DNA of 63,645 nucleotides, filler included, from Octopus bimaculoides (GCF_001194135.2; 4 parts of 4 records of this genome joined end to end with filler, not necessarily neighbours in it), one strand, 5' to 3'. Counted from the whole stretch's first letter, positions 1 through 12,423 are shown. The notes: generated from the letters alone by a model not told the origin. Numbers and translations are program-made.

Positions 1-480
1 ATATATATATATATATATATATAAACAAAAGTAAATGAGTATATGCATATATACGTACAGGTATGTGCATACCGACATCCACCTGTATGTATAGGTGCAT
101 ATCTGGGTACAGGACATTGCAAACAAACGTAGACGAGAACACACGAGCCACATAGAGAACATTCTACTTCATCAGCTACCCACGTTTTAACACCGGCGTT
201 TCGACGAGCTTCGGGCAGTATATATATATGAATGATTGTTTTTATGTTTAGTTATAATGAAACAATTTTACAATAATTTGATGGGTTACCCCTGTACTTT
301 TGTAGAGTATAAGGCATTCCTACACATGTTATGAAAAATTTTTCTGTGAGTAGGTAGAGAAGTTTTGGAAAATTCACCTGAGTTGGCTGTATTGCCTCAT
401 AACATTAAAAAAAAATGGATATTTTTTTAATGAAATTTTCTATAAATATTTTTCAGAGTGTAAATTATGAATATATCAGA

Positions 481-760
481 AATTATTTACTTTTGACGGA
501 TATTTGTCCTCATCTTATTTGTTGTTAACGCAACGTTTCGGCTGATATACCCTCCAGCCTTCATCAGGTGTCTTGGGGAAATTTTGTACCTGGGTTCTCA
601 TTCCTAAGGTTCAAAATTTTCCCAAGACACCTGATGAAGGCTGGAGGGTATATCACCTGAAACAGTGTACTAACAACAAACAAGACGAGGACAAATATCT
701 GTCAAATGTAAATAATTCCTCATCTCTTAAATATAGAACTGTAAAATCAGAAATTGATGT
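481..760. mobile_element. Short fold-back element made of two inverted Penelope-type pseudo-LTR segments
   Basis: 481-~594 is the reverse complement of ~606-717 with scattered mismatches. Each arm carries a CTGATGAAGG...GAAAC motif. Confidence 0.7.
527..572 (-). ncRNA. Minimal type I hammerhead motif in a Penelope-type pseudo-LTR
   Basis: GACAC-CUGAUGA-A-GGCUG(10 nt)CAGCC-GAAACGUU-GCGUU, with palindromic ACGU stem III. Confidence 0.65.
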
Positions 761-1163
761 AAAAAGCAAAATAGTGAGTGCATACATACTGACACACATC
801 ACAATTTGTTATGAAATTTCAAGTTTTATTTTGTAGCTATATGTGACGTGTGGTCAGTATGTATGTATATGAGCCCACCAAATTTCGTCAAAAACATTTT
901 CCATTTTAGACAAAATATTTTTGTTTTGACAAAGTTCAGTATTCTGCTTGGTTGACTTTCTGGTAGTGACCCAGTAACTTGTTTTTGTACCATTGATAAG
1001 CAAGAAAATTGTCAAAACATGTTTGGTATTTGAATAAATCTATCACAAAATTTTAAAACAACTACATGTTTTGAGATTCAGTTACATTTTCAAACCCTGA
1101 AACGAATTATCCTATATTTTTTCCCGTGCAGGAATATGCTTCTTCTCTATATATTTATATATA

Positions 1164-1763
1164 TGAGGGGGTACCCAAAATAAACTGGAATTTTGCAGTA
1201 CTATTTCACTCACTTAGTTTTACATGTTTACATTTTTATCGCCTTCAAAGTATTCTCCATTTGAAGCAATGCATCAGTCCAGGGGCATTTTCCACCATTC
1301 AAAGCAGTGCTGGGACTCTTGCGAAGTGATGTCCTTTAACACCTGTCATTTTTTTTCTTCATCTTTTCCACATCTGCAAATTCCGTAGCACCAGCTTTCA
1401 TCACCAGAGATGACCTTCGTAAAAAGGTCCAAATCAACTTAAAGCATGAGAATCACTTGTAAACTTGTGTTTTGCTCATGGCAGCATCCTTGTAAGCTGT
1501 TTGAAACATTGACAACCATTTCAGCTACCGTTTTCCCTAGCAGAAAGCAAAGTTTCATGGAAGCACGCTGTTCCTTTGTTTCAGCCATTACAAAAATTGA
1601 CAAACAGAGGAGAAGCACTGCAAAACGAAGATGCACTATACATGACAGTATGACCCTTCCGGACAATGCTGGGCAGCAGACTGATGCCTGAGGGTCACAT
1701 CAAGTGGCTTCTAACAATGGAAACCACAGGGAACGTTTCCAGTTACTTTTGGGTACCCCCTCG
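1164..1763 (-). mobile_element. Internally deleted mariner element
   Basis: TIRs (T/C)GAGGGGGTACCCAAAA..AACTGGAA with flanking TA. Internal EQRASMKLCFLLGKT is a mariner transposase N-terminus. Confidence 0.85.
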
Positions 1764-2869
1764 TATGTATATATATATATATATGTGTGTGTCTCTCTTC
1801 ATTTGTATATGTATTGTATATATATTGTGACTGAAATCACAACATTCCTCCTGAAATATGACACCAGTCGATCGCAGGGTCACTCATTTACAGCTTAGTG
1901 GCCCAGGCAACATGAATGTTTTGATCAAGAACACAACACCACCTGACCTGGAAGTCAAAACAATGATCTTGCAATTATGAATACAACATCCTAACACCTG
2001 GATCACATGCTTTTGTATTAATCAAGTAGAAGTCATGATATTGTTCCATATATGAATTATGTAATTGGTTTCCATAGATAATTACAAAATTAGATTTGAG
2101 CTATTAAGATATATATAAATATTCTATTTTTCTAGGTACTGGTGCCACATAAAAAGCACCCAACTACACTGTGTAAAGTGGTAGGTGTTAGGAAGTGCAT
2201 CCAGCTGTAGAAATCAAGCCAAAGCAGACAATAGAACCTGGTACTGCTCCCAGCTTTGCCAGCTTCTGTCAAATCATCAGCATGGAAAATGGACATTAAA
2301 TGATTATGATGATGATGTACACATCAGATATCATCATCATTTAACATTTGTTTTCCATGCTGGCATATCTTGGACAGTTTGACTGGGTCTGATAAGCCAA
2401 GGGCTGCATTGTGTTCCCTGTCAGATTTGGCATAGTTTCTGTGCCTTGATGCCCTTCCTAACACCAAATGCTTTTACAGTATACACAGGGTGTTTTATTG
2501 TGCCATAAACAGCTGTGTGGTCACCAGATTACTTGCAATGGAAAGGGAGGAAAAAACGGGAGTAAGGGAGAGGCCCTATCCATTAAGTGGTGGTGGTAAT
2601 AGGGTATTTCAGAGGAGGGAGAGGGTCCAGTAATATGAATAAAATCACATGGTTCACTTCCTGCACTTGCAGCGCTTTATCAACCAAGAGAAGTAGAAGC
2701 TTCAGTGAATGAGTTCACCTCAAAGGAGAAGTACTCAACTCAGCATGAGATTGAAGAACTGGCAGAAAGGTAGCTTCTGGTGGTGCAACATGATGGCCTC
2801 AACTTTGGATGCTAGGATGTTTTTATTGTAAATTGATGAATAAAGCAAATGAATTACTAAAATATTCTT

Positions 2870-3198
2870 GGAAAAGCTTGGTTGGGAAATATTGCTTCAT
2901 CCTCCATATTCTTCAGACCTTGCTCCTTCTGATTATAACTTGTTTTGGGGACTACAGAACCGTTTGAATTGTCTTAGGTTGACATCAAGACAAGAGTTGA
3001 AAATAAGTTGGATTCATATTTCGCATCAAACCTAAACAATTTTACAAGCATGGCATTTATAAGCTTGTTGACAGATGAAATTAAGTTCTAGAAAGCAATG
3101 GAAATTATGTTAATGAATAAATATTGTCTTAATCATGGGCATTTTCGTTTTTAATAGAGACCTTAAAATTAACCTTTACCTTTGCATCAACCTGATAT
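2870..3198 (+). mobile_element. mariner transposase C-terminal remnant with 3' TIR
   Basis: GWEILLHPPYSSDLAPSDYNLF; ends ...CAACCTGATA. Confidence 0.85.
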
Positions 3199-3544
3199 GT
3201 GTGTGTATATATATATATACTTGAACTCAAGAGTTTCATCTGATGTCCAATCTTCATCTTCCTCCCACCTCTATATGTAATGTGGCTTAGCTATGTATTC
3301 CCTCTAGAGCAAGTCACCTATAATTGTCCCTATATCACACTTTAGCCTCTTAGCATCTGGAATAAATCTCCACCCTCCCTGATACCCTCCAAACCAATGG
3401 TTTTTATGTGGCACCAGCACCAGTATCGATTCTTCCATCTCTCTTATTAATCAAATACCCAACAAACACTAGGCCAGTGAACATGCTTTACCAGCAAGCT
3501 ACCAGGTGTAAGCCATACAATTTTTTAAAACTATATGTATATGA

Positions 3545-3880
3545 ATACATAGCTGTGTGGTAAGGAACTTGGTTCCAGGTTCAGTCCCACTGCATGGGCA
3601 AGTGTCTTCTACTGTAGCCTCGGGTAGACACAAGCTAAAAGAAGCCCATTGTGTATGTATATGTATATATATTTATATATACGCATATGTGTGTGTATGT
3701 CTGTTTGTCCGATTACCATCGCTTCACGACCAATGTTGGTATGTTTACATCTCTGTGGTTCAGGAAAAAAATAAGTACTTGGCTTACAAAGAATAAGTCC
3801 TCGGATCAATTTGTTTGACTCATACCTTTTAAGGCGGTGCTCCATCATAGCCACAGTCAAATGAAACTCGTAAAAGATTA
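3545..3880 (+). mobile_element. tRNA-derived SINE family 1 (head, microsatellite, conserved tail); representative copy
   Basis: tRNA-like head GTGTGGTAAG...GGTTCAGTCCC. Other full or partial copies at ~4731-4880, 5545-5885, 13070-13850, 20715-20915, 23705-24165, 26362-26515, 34385-34790, 47015-47165 and 50580-50755. Confidence 0.8.
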
Positions 3881-4642
3881 ATATCTACATACTTTCAAAT
3901 TTGACTGGTGACTGCTGCTGCTGCCATGTGCAGTTGTTTTTAGTTAAAGAGGCAGAGAGAAATAGGGTTTGCTAAGAAGTAGAGGGTGGTGGGGTAGAAA
4001 TTTCCCTCAAGGGGAGAGAATCACTGAGACAGATTTCTTTTTATATACTTATTTTATTATGCTTCTATATCATTGGGGTTTTTTTTTATTTGCAAGTAGA
4101 TGTAGATAAATTTAAATTTATTTCATTCTAAAATAGGAACTTATCAATGCACTGCAACTTGGGATTAAACTACACGGTCATTTAAAACGCCTAGGAACTA
4201 TAAAAACGATGGATTTTACTTTTCTTTCTTTTTTAAAAAAAAGGTGAAGGAGGGAATTAAAAGCCCTTGAGAGATTAAGATTAACATTATACAGAGTACA
4301 ATCGATATTTTCTATTTCTTTTATCTTTAACAGTGCAGGAGAGTCTGACTGATAGAAAGTCTCTTACGTGTTTAAGATTTCATTCTGGGAGACTTTCAAG
4401 GGTCTTATTTCTCTCATTTATCATTGTTGGTGTTTTGTTTTTCAATACATATTCACCTTGTTTGTTCTTCATGTAGATACAATTACTCTTTTCTCTACAA
4501 ACTACATACAAGCCATTTTTTGTTCTTCTTGGGTGCGAATGTGGAATTTTTCCTATGTTGTTTATCACAACAGGGTGTATTAAGATTCTTCATCTACCAA
4601 TCTAGTGTTAAGCACTCATTCTCATTGTTTGATATGTATGTA

Positions 4643-4681
<39 letters not shown>

Positions 4682-6270
4682 NNNNNNNNNNNNNNNNNNN
4701 NNNNNNNNNTAATAGTGTGTGTGTAGGCAGAGGTGTGGCTGGGTGATTGAAAATCTGGCTTCCCAACAATGTGGTCTTGGATTCAGTCTCACTGCGTGGC
4801 ACCTTGGGCAAGTGTCAAATCCTGAGCTGACTAAAGGCTTGTGAATGGATGATAACTGGAGACTGAAAGAAACTCCATATAGATAGTATGTTTTTATGTT
4901 GTAAATGTGCGTCATTGCCATACATGCAAGGCTGTTTGTTTCTAAACTTCCAAGGAAAACCTGTCTAGCTATGAAAAAAATATTACCTTGAAAGAGGAGG
5001 AGGCTGGCATATAGGAAGACATAGAACCATGCAAGCAAGGGAGATGGACGTTGATGATGATGATTCTGCAGTTTAACATATAAAAAGGGTAAAGACCCCC
5101 TTCAGTCTCTAATGACCATGGGGTTCCACCTAGAAAGTTACCAAGGCACTAGTATGGAAGTCAGCCTCCTCTCTCCATGTCACCAAAATCATCCAAGGGA
5201 AGGATGAAGGCTGATACAGCTTGGCACCAGTGATGTTGCATCTCATTTCTACAGCAGAGTGAACTGGAGCAATGTGAAATAAAGTGTCTTGCTCAAGAAC
5301 ACAACACTGCCCAGTCTGGGAATTGAACTCACTACCTCATGATTGTGAGCTCGATGCTCTAACCACTGAGCCATGTGCCTTCACAGTTTAACATATATAA
5401 TGTTACAATATGAAGGTCTGTAAATAAGTAGGCTTGCCATAAGGTTGAATGATGTAATTTCAATTAATTAAAAAGTAAATTTAAATTGTTCAGGTCAAGG
5501 TTTATATTCATAGCTTATTATTATAGAAATATAAAATTTCTTCTGTTGTATCTTTCATCTTTTTACTTGTTTTGGTCATTTGACTATGGCCATGGGTTTT
5601 AGTCAAACAAATCGTCCCCAGGACTTATTTTTAAGCCTAGTACTTATTCTGTCAGTCTCTTTTGCTGAACCACGAAGTTATAGGGACATGAACACATCCG
5701 CACTGGTGGAGGGGAACAAACACACACACATATGATGGGCTTCTTTCAGTTTCCATCTACCAAATTCACTCACAAGGCTTTGGTCAGACCAAGGCTATAG
5801 TAGAAGACATTTGTTCTCGGTGCCACACAGTGGGACTGAACCTAGAACCATATGGTTGGGAAGCAAGCTTCTTAACACACAGCTATGTCTGTACTCATTG
5901 CAATTTTTTAAAAGTATTTTCCATACCTCATAATTTTTTGTCTATAATTTCAGAATACCAGATGGTGCTGGAATTAAAAAAATGTTTTTCACTTCGGATC
6001 TACCATCAGTAAAGGAAGAACACATATAATCCCTTTTATATGAATCAGTGCTCAAATTACTGTGAAATGTTTCCTCTCAATGAGACTATTAGCAAGATCT
6101 TTCCACTTCATTGTCTGGAATATGTACAAGATGATTTTTTTGCATTCTAATTAAGCTTAAATTACTAAAGAATTTGTAGCCTCTTCAGATATTGACTAAA
6201 ATCATAATTAGTACAAATATTGCAGACTAAATATTTGTTAGGAATAAAATATAAAGATATATAAAAAAAA

Positions 6271-7737
6271 ATGTATATTGTGGTGAGAGAAGAAAAAATG
6301 ATGGAAAATGAATTGTGTGATGGAAATTTAGAATGTAAACCACAGTCTAAAAGGATTGATATTATTGGTAAGATACCTACTGATATAGGAAAAACATCAT
6401 ATCACTGTGATATTTGTAAAAAACCATTCACTCAAAAAGGTAACCTTACTACCCACAGACGTATTCATACAGGAGAGAAGCCTTATAATTGTAATATCTG
6501 TGGTAAATCATTCTCTCAGACAGGTAGCTTAACTATACATAAGCGCATTCATACAGGAGAGAAACCATTTGACTGTGATATCTGTGGTAAATCATTTGCT
6601 CATAGAAGTACTTTGAATCAACACAAAAGTAATCATTCAGGGAAGAGGCCATACTGTGATATTTGTGGTAAAACATTCTCTCAGAAAGGTAACTTGGCTA
6701 CACACAGTCGCATTCATACAGGAGAGAAACCTTATCGCTGTGATATCTGTGGCAAATCATTCTTTCAGAAAGGTAACTTAGCTGAACATAAACGTAGTCA
6801 TACAGGAGAAAAGCCATATCACTGTGATATTTGTGGTAAATCATTCTATAACAGAGGCAACTTAACTGCACACAAGCGTTCTCATACAGGAGAGAAGCCA
6901 TATTACTGTGATATCTGCAGTAAATCATTCTCCAAAAGAAGTGTCTTAACTAGTCACAAACGTATTCATACAGGACATAAGCCATATCATTGTGATATCT
7001 GTGGTAAATCATTCTTTCGAAAATCTAGCTTAACTGAACACAAATATATTCATACAGGAGACAAGCCATACCATTGCAATATCTGTGGTAAATCATTCTC
7101 CAATGGAAGTAACTTAATTCAACATAAGCGTATTCATACAGGGATGATACCCTATCACTGTGATATCTGTGGTAAATCATTTTCCAAAGGAATTGACTTA
7201 ACTAGTCACAAACATATTCATACAGGAGAGAAGCCATATCACTGTGATATCTGTGATAAATCGTTCTGCAGTGGAAGAAACTTAACTGCTCACATGCATA
7301 TTCATGCAGGAAATATTTCATATCACTGTCATATCTGTGGTAAATCATTCTCTCATAGAAGCACCTTAGCTAAACACAAACGTATCCATACAGGAGAGAA
7401 ACCATATCACTGTGATGTCTGTGGTAAATCTTTCTCTGTAAGTAGTAGCTTAACTTCACACAAGCGTACTCATACAGGAGAGAAGCCATATCACTGTGAT
7501 ATCTGTGGTAAACCATTCTCAGATGGCAGTAACTTAACTGCACATAAACGTATTCATACAGGAGAGAGACAGTTTCACTGTGATATTTGTGGCAAATCAT
7601 TCTCTGAAAGAAGTAATTTAACTGCACACAGACGTATTCATACAGGAGAGAAACCATATCAGTGTGATATCTGTGGTAAGGCATTCTCACAAACAAGGCA
7701 ATTAAGTACACATCTATGTATTTATACAGAAGAGTGA
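6271..7737 (+). CDS. C2H2 zinc-finger protein (ZNF-A), 16 tandem fingers, last one degenerate (final His to Tyr)
   Basis: 488-aa ORF of CxxC-x12-HxxxH repeats with TGEKP linkers. The start homologous to the paralogues is probably the ATG at 6298/6301 (MENELC). Splice acceptor TTTCAG ends at 5953. Confidence 0.95.
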   Translation: MYIVVREEKMMENELCDGNLECKPQSKRIDIIGKIPTDIGKTSYHCDICKKPFTQKGNLTTHRRIHTGEKPYNCNICGKSFSQTGSLTIHKRIHTGEKPFDCDICGKSFAHRSTLNQHKSNHSGKRPYCDICGKTFSQKGNLATHSRIHTGEKPYRCDICGKSFFQKGNLAEHKRSHTGEKPYHCDICGKSFYNRGNLTAHKRSHTGEKPYYCDICSKSFSKRSVLTSHKRIHTGHKPYHCDICGKSFFRKSSLTEHKYIHTGDKPYHCNICGKSFSNGSNLIQHKRIHTGMIPYHCDICGKSFSKGIDLTSHKHIHTGEKPYHCDICDKSFCSGRNLTAHMHIHAGNISYHCHICGKSFSHRSTLAKHKRIHTGEKPYHCDVCGKSFSVSSSLTSHKRTHTGEKPYHCDICGKPFSDGSNLTAHKRIHTGERQFHCDICGKSFSERSNLTAHRRIHTGEKPYQCDICGKAFSQTRQLSTHLCIYTEE

Positions 7738-7899
7738 TTCTGTCAATGTCAACAGTCATTCAGCAAAAGAAATATCTTATGTAACAATAAATATGTTCAC
7801 TCAGAAAATAAAACATGTGTCGTGATTACGATCTCGTACCACTCTATTTTAGATAATCACAACTATACTGGGACCTACTTTAATACATCTTTCCTTTGT

Positions 7900-8355
7900 A
7901 AGGTGGTGAGATGGCAGAATCTTTAGTGCACCAGACGAAATGCTTAGCTGTATTTCGTCTGTCGCTACAGTCTGAGTTGACATTCCACTGAGGCAAACTT
8001 TGCCGTTCATCCTTTTGGGGTCAATAAATTAAGTACCAGTAAAACACTGGGGTCAATGTAATTGACTTATCCCCTCCCTGCAAAATGGCTGCCCTTGTGG
8101 CAAAATTTGAAACCATTGTTGTTGTTATTTTATAGAAGGCAGAAAGCTGGCAGAGTTGTTAGCATGCTGGGCAAAATGTTTAGCAGCATTTTGTCCATCT
8201 GGACATTCTGGGTTCAAATGCCACTGAGATCAACTTTGCTTTTCATCCCTTTTGAGTTGATAAAATAAGTACCAGTTGAACACTGGGATCAATGTCATCG
8301 ACTTCCCCCACTCACCAAACCTACTGGCCTTGTGCCAAAATTTGGAACCAATATT
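7900..8355 (+). mobile_element. Two tandem copies of tRNA-derived SINE family 2
   Basis: GGCAGAAT(C/T)GTTAGC...GTTCAAAT...AAGTACCAGT. Other copies at ~32595-32780 (-) and 60495-62190. Confidence 0.8.
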
Positions 8356-8539
8356 TCTATTAATAAGCAATTGTCCTTGCATACAGGTATGTCCCCCACC
8401 CTCCTCTCCAGCTATGCATTCTTAATCGTGTGGGCTCATGATGCTGGTGCCACATAAAAAAACACCTGTACTGGTGCTCTGTGTGACCATGAGTGTTGAA
8501 GCATCCCCTCCTCAGTGTGGGATGTAGCTTGGCATAGTT

Positions 8540-9080
8540 TTTTCCTTGAGATCATTGAAGTGTTGAAACTTTTGTACAATAGACTCTGTCCTTAATGTAG
8601 TCTCATAAGAAGAAGGCTAGAAGTATTGTATCTCATGGCCCTGGTGCCCACCTTTTTTCCAACCATCAGTTTGGGAAAGTTCCATTGAGAAACTCTCAAA
8701 TACTCAACCCTCAATGGCACAGTGCACCATCTTGTTGGAGGATAACAGTTGGCTGCAAGTGATGCAACTCAAGCATGAGGCCACACCAAACATTGACTTA
8801 GATTGTTTTTCTCCAGTTCTCTTGTTTCATGTGTATTTTCTGAACCCCAGATTCTTGTTCTTAAGTATCATTCCTGAGACATGAAATGCTGCTTCATCAC
8901 TAAAACAAATCTTTTGAACAAAGCCTTCCTCTTTATCTGATTGAGTAACGTGTCTACTGCAAATTGTTTCATTTGGGGTTTGTCATCTGGCTGAAGTACT
9001 TGCAAAACTTGTACTTTATAAGTATAAAACCTCAAGTTCTTGTGCAAAACTTTGATGTTCTTTGTTGCTCAGCTTCTGTT
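8540..9080 (-). mobile_element. Tc1/mariner-superfamily transposase remnant
   Basis: YKVQVLQVLQPDD...ICFSDEAAFHVSG...RIWGSEN...NVWCGL. Confidence 0.75.
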
Positions 9081-9860
9081 TTCTGTAGGATGCCTCTTCT
9101 TTGCAAAAACTTTTTATGCCAGGCACATATGTATACATGAATTGGTGGTTCTTTTCCATACTTTGTATTCTATTATTTTTTAAGCATGCATTACCTCTAA
9201 CCAATACTTATGTTAACACAACTATATGCTATAAAATTTACAAACTTTGATAAAAATTTTTATTCCTTCAAACTGATCTTCACTTTCTTTGAAGTTGTTT
9301 GATTTGTTTGGTACCAGATACTAGAAATTAGTTGATATCATGCAATGAATGATAGACAAAACAACAGATTACCTCTCGATGAAATGATGGTGGCTGTTAT
9401 CAATTGAATGTGTGATGTAGTAAACTGGTTGACAGTACCAAGGAAAATATATTTGCCAATCATTTTCCCTGCTGTAGTCTAACAACTTACATCATCATCA
9501 TTTAATGTTCATTTTCCTTGCTGGTGTGGGTTGGACGGTTTGACTGGGACTGGCAAGCTGTACTAGGCTCCCATTGTCTGTTTTGGCCTAGTTTCTACAG
9601 CTGGACGCCCTTCCTAAAACCACTCATTTTACAGAGTGTACTGGATGTTATTTTACATGCCACATGCGTCAGTGCCTTTTATGTGTCACCAGCACTGACT
9701 ATGACCACAATTCACTTAGCCTGAAGTGTCCTGATTTAGGACGAATGTTGCTTTAATTTAGCCTCAGGAGACATTGTCTCCAGCTGGCTATGCAACATGA
9801 TCTGTGTCCTTATATTTTCAAACAAGGGAATCTAGCATCCCCACCCTGCTCAAAACAATA

Positions 9861-9905
9861 TCTGTGTATCGCAATTTCCAGGTTGTTTCCCTTCATCAGC
9901 ACAGA
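9861..9905 (-). ncRNA. Type I hammerhead motif, slightly degenerate
   Basis: UCUGUG-CUGAUGA-AGG(GAAACAA)CCU-G-GAAAUUGCGAUA-CACAGA: 6-bp stem I, one extra G before GAAA. Confidence 0.55.
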
Positions 9906-11576
9906 ATAATTGCCACATTCCCGTTTGAAATATATAGTTTTCAAAATGACAATTAGTCACTGATCTATAAATTAGAAAATTACTATTTTTAAATCTCACA
10001 ATGAGAGATATTCAGCAACAGTACTTTGTAGTAAAGATTGTTTGCCAACATAACATGGCAGTCCTGGTTTAGGCAAACAATCTTTACTACCAAAGATCAT
10101 ATTTCACCACTTCATCCCACATCTTCCTGGGTCTACCCCTTCCATAGGTTCCCTCCACAATTAGAGATCTGCTCATTTATTATATATGGTTTCTTGAACA
10201 AAGAACATGGTCTTGCTTCATAGAAGTTATGGTAAATATAGTAAAATAGAAAACCTGAATTGCATAGTGTTTGGGGGAAATGTTGAAAAGTAATTTTGAA
10301 ACCATTGATATGTGCAATGAACGAAATTGCTGATCCTAACATTTACAAGTAGAAATCAGCCAGAAATAACTTATTTCAGTATATTATGGTGAGATATTGT
10401 AGGTTGGGTTGAGGTTATATGAGTTTTTAATATTAAGCACTTTTGTGCAATCTTTGATATCTTTTCGCCATGATCTAGACTTTTCTGTTTGATTGTCAAC
10501 AGTGTTTGTATCTTCTGCATGGACATAGTAATGGCAATAAACTCAATCACTTGTAACAAATATGTTGCCAGGACAAAGTCGTAGAAGGAATGGGGGAGCC
10601 AATGATTTTAAGTTTCAGCATGTCAATCATTTTTATGCTAAATTATCTTAATACTGTTAAAAACAACTGATTGAACTCAAACTAGCTCACTGATACTTTT
10701 GATAACTTTAAAGAAAAGACAAGATTGGGGTATAAATATCAATTTCAAACACATCTTTGATGAACCATTTTTCCATGTTCTTCAGCACCTTTTTTATATG
10801 TTAAAATCACTTTTATTGATATCAAACGCTACTCTTTGAGTCAAATTATTGGCAGTTGACATACATTCACCTTTAATCGTTCTAAACTGAAGAAGCAATG
10901 GACAAACCAGTGTTATCTTTGAGTAAGTGTTTATGCTCACTATGGCTCATTAAATATTCATGGGACCTGCAGAAATTCCAATAACTGATGTTTGGATAAC
11001 CAAAGTTTAACTCAGTGTGTGTGTGTGTCTTTCCTTTCAAATGTTGTTTTTGATGTTGTTTCCCCATTTTTTGTATTGCCGTTCTCTAAGATAAGATTGA
11101 TGTTTGTAAAGAGATTTGGATGTTATTCCTAAAACAGATTAAATGATTCCATAAAGGTATCATCTGTTGGTAAAATAATACAAATTATGTTTTACAACTT
11201 CAAACATGAGAATAATGAAAAGGACAAAACTAAAAGCAATTCATGATTATAACAAAAACATCTGACATGATAAAGAAGCTGATCACAACACATCAAATAA
11301 AGAATATTCCCCCAGTTTTCAAGCAAACTGATACAGACTAAATTTTGACAAAGTAAAAATGACTTGTTAAACACTAAAGCATTCAGTATCTTTAATTGGT
11401 TCTTATGTTTTTATTTAGCTATATTCTTTATTATCTTATGGAATTTGTAACATTCCTGGAAACAAATTTGCGTTTCATTATGATTTAGTTAACATGCATT
11501 AAAATGGATGTAAATTAACTGAAGGTGATGACTGACATTCTAAAATATTATGAAGAGAAACAGAAAAATCCCTTAA

Positions 11577-11781
11577 CCTTTTAGTATTCAGATTACTTTA
11601 TCAAATATAATGCTTATCTAATCACTGCTTTTAATTAATCATGAATATCTCCATAACTCTGAGATTTTGATCATGTGACTGCATATTTTTAGGATCAGTG
11701 TTCGAAGCTGCATCTGGTTGATTTTAACATAAAACAAGTAGAATATTTAGACTGGATATGACTGATTTAAATACTAAAAGG
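11577..11781. mobile_element. piggyBac-type MITE
   Basis: 12-bp perfect TIR CCTTTTAGTATT flanked by TTAA on both sides (11573-11576 and 11782-11785). Confidence 0.8.
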
Positions 11782-12423
11782 TTAATTATATTCACTGAAC
11801 GCCTTTGTTATACTGCCTCTGTGGGCACTTATTTGTGTAATACCTTCTGTTGGTATTTTAAGTATTTTAGAAATACCAGCTGAAGTACATCATTCTACTG
11901 CATTATAAACAACAATGACCACCACTGAAACTGCAATTGAATGGATGGCATGTTGATGCATGACGGCCATCGGTTATATGTGAACAGTGTGATAATCCAG
12001 CATATTAATGAGCTGCGCAGAAAGAACTGACAGGAAACGGTAGTGTTATTTCTGTTGATTCAGTGTGTTGACAGGTGTATAAGGAATAAGTATGAAGTGA
12101 AATGATTCGTCTGTGTCCACTAACTCTATTTTATAGAGAAGCCTCTGCAAGCATATATGATGACAACGCTCTCTTTGCTATTACTTTCTCTCAGTCATGG
12201 TTATTACTCTCACTACTTCTCTTTCCCTGAATTACTCTTGTCTCTCCTCTCCCTTCACTTATACTACACTTTCTGCTACTCCTATATATTTTGACAAATA
12301 TATATATATACACACAAAGACATAAAAGCACTACACTCATTACTATATAGGAGATAGATTTTGTTATGATGTTTTGTATTTGAGAAATCTAATGTAAACG
12401 AAACTGAAGGTGAAAAATGGGTA

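Noticed and set aside
40-220. CTGATGA and CGAAACG pieces on the minus strand
   Set aside because: They are in the wrong order and spacing for a hammerhead, with no GAAA after a stem II.
6400-7737. Regular 84-bp periodicity that could be mistaken for a CRISPR or satellite array
   Set aside because: It is the coding repeat of the C2H2 fingers.
6698-7759. Antisense ORFs over the ZNF genes (also 14634-14837 and 15920-16237)
   Set aside because: By-products of the 84-bp finger repeat on the opposite strand or in a shifted frame.
10740-10792. Minus-strand CUGAAGA...GAAA
   Set aside because: No stem II adjacent to the core and no stem I.
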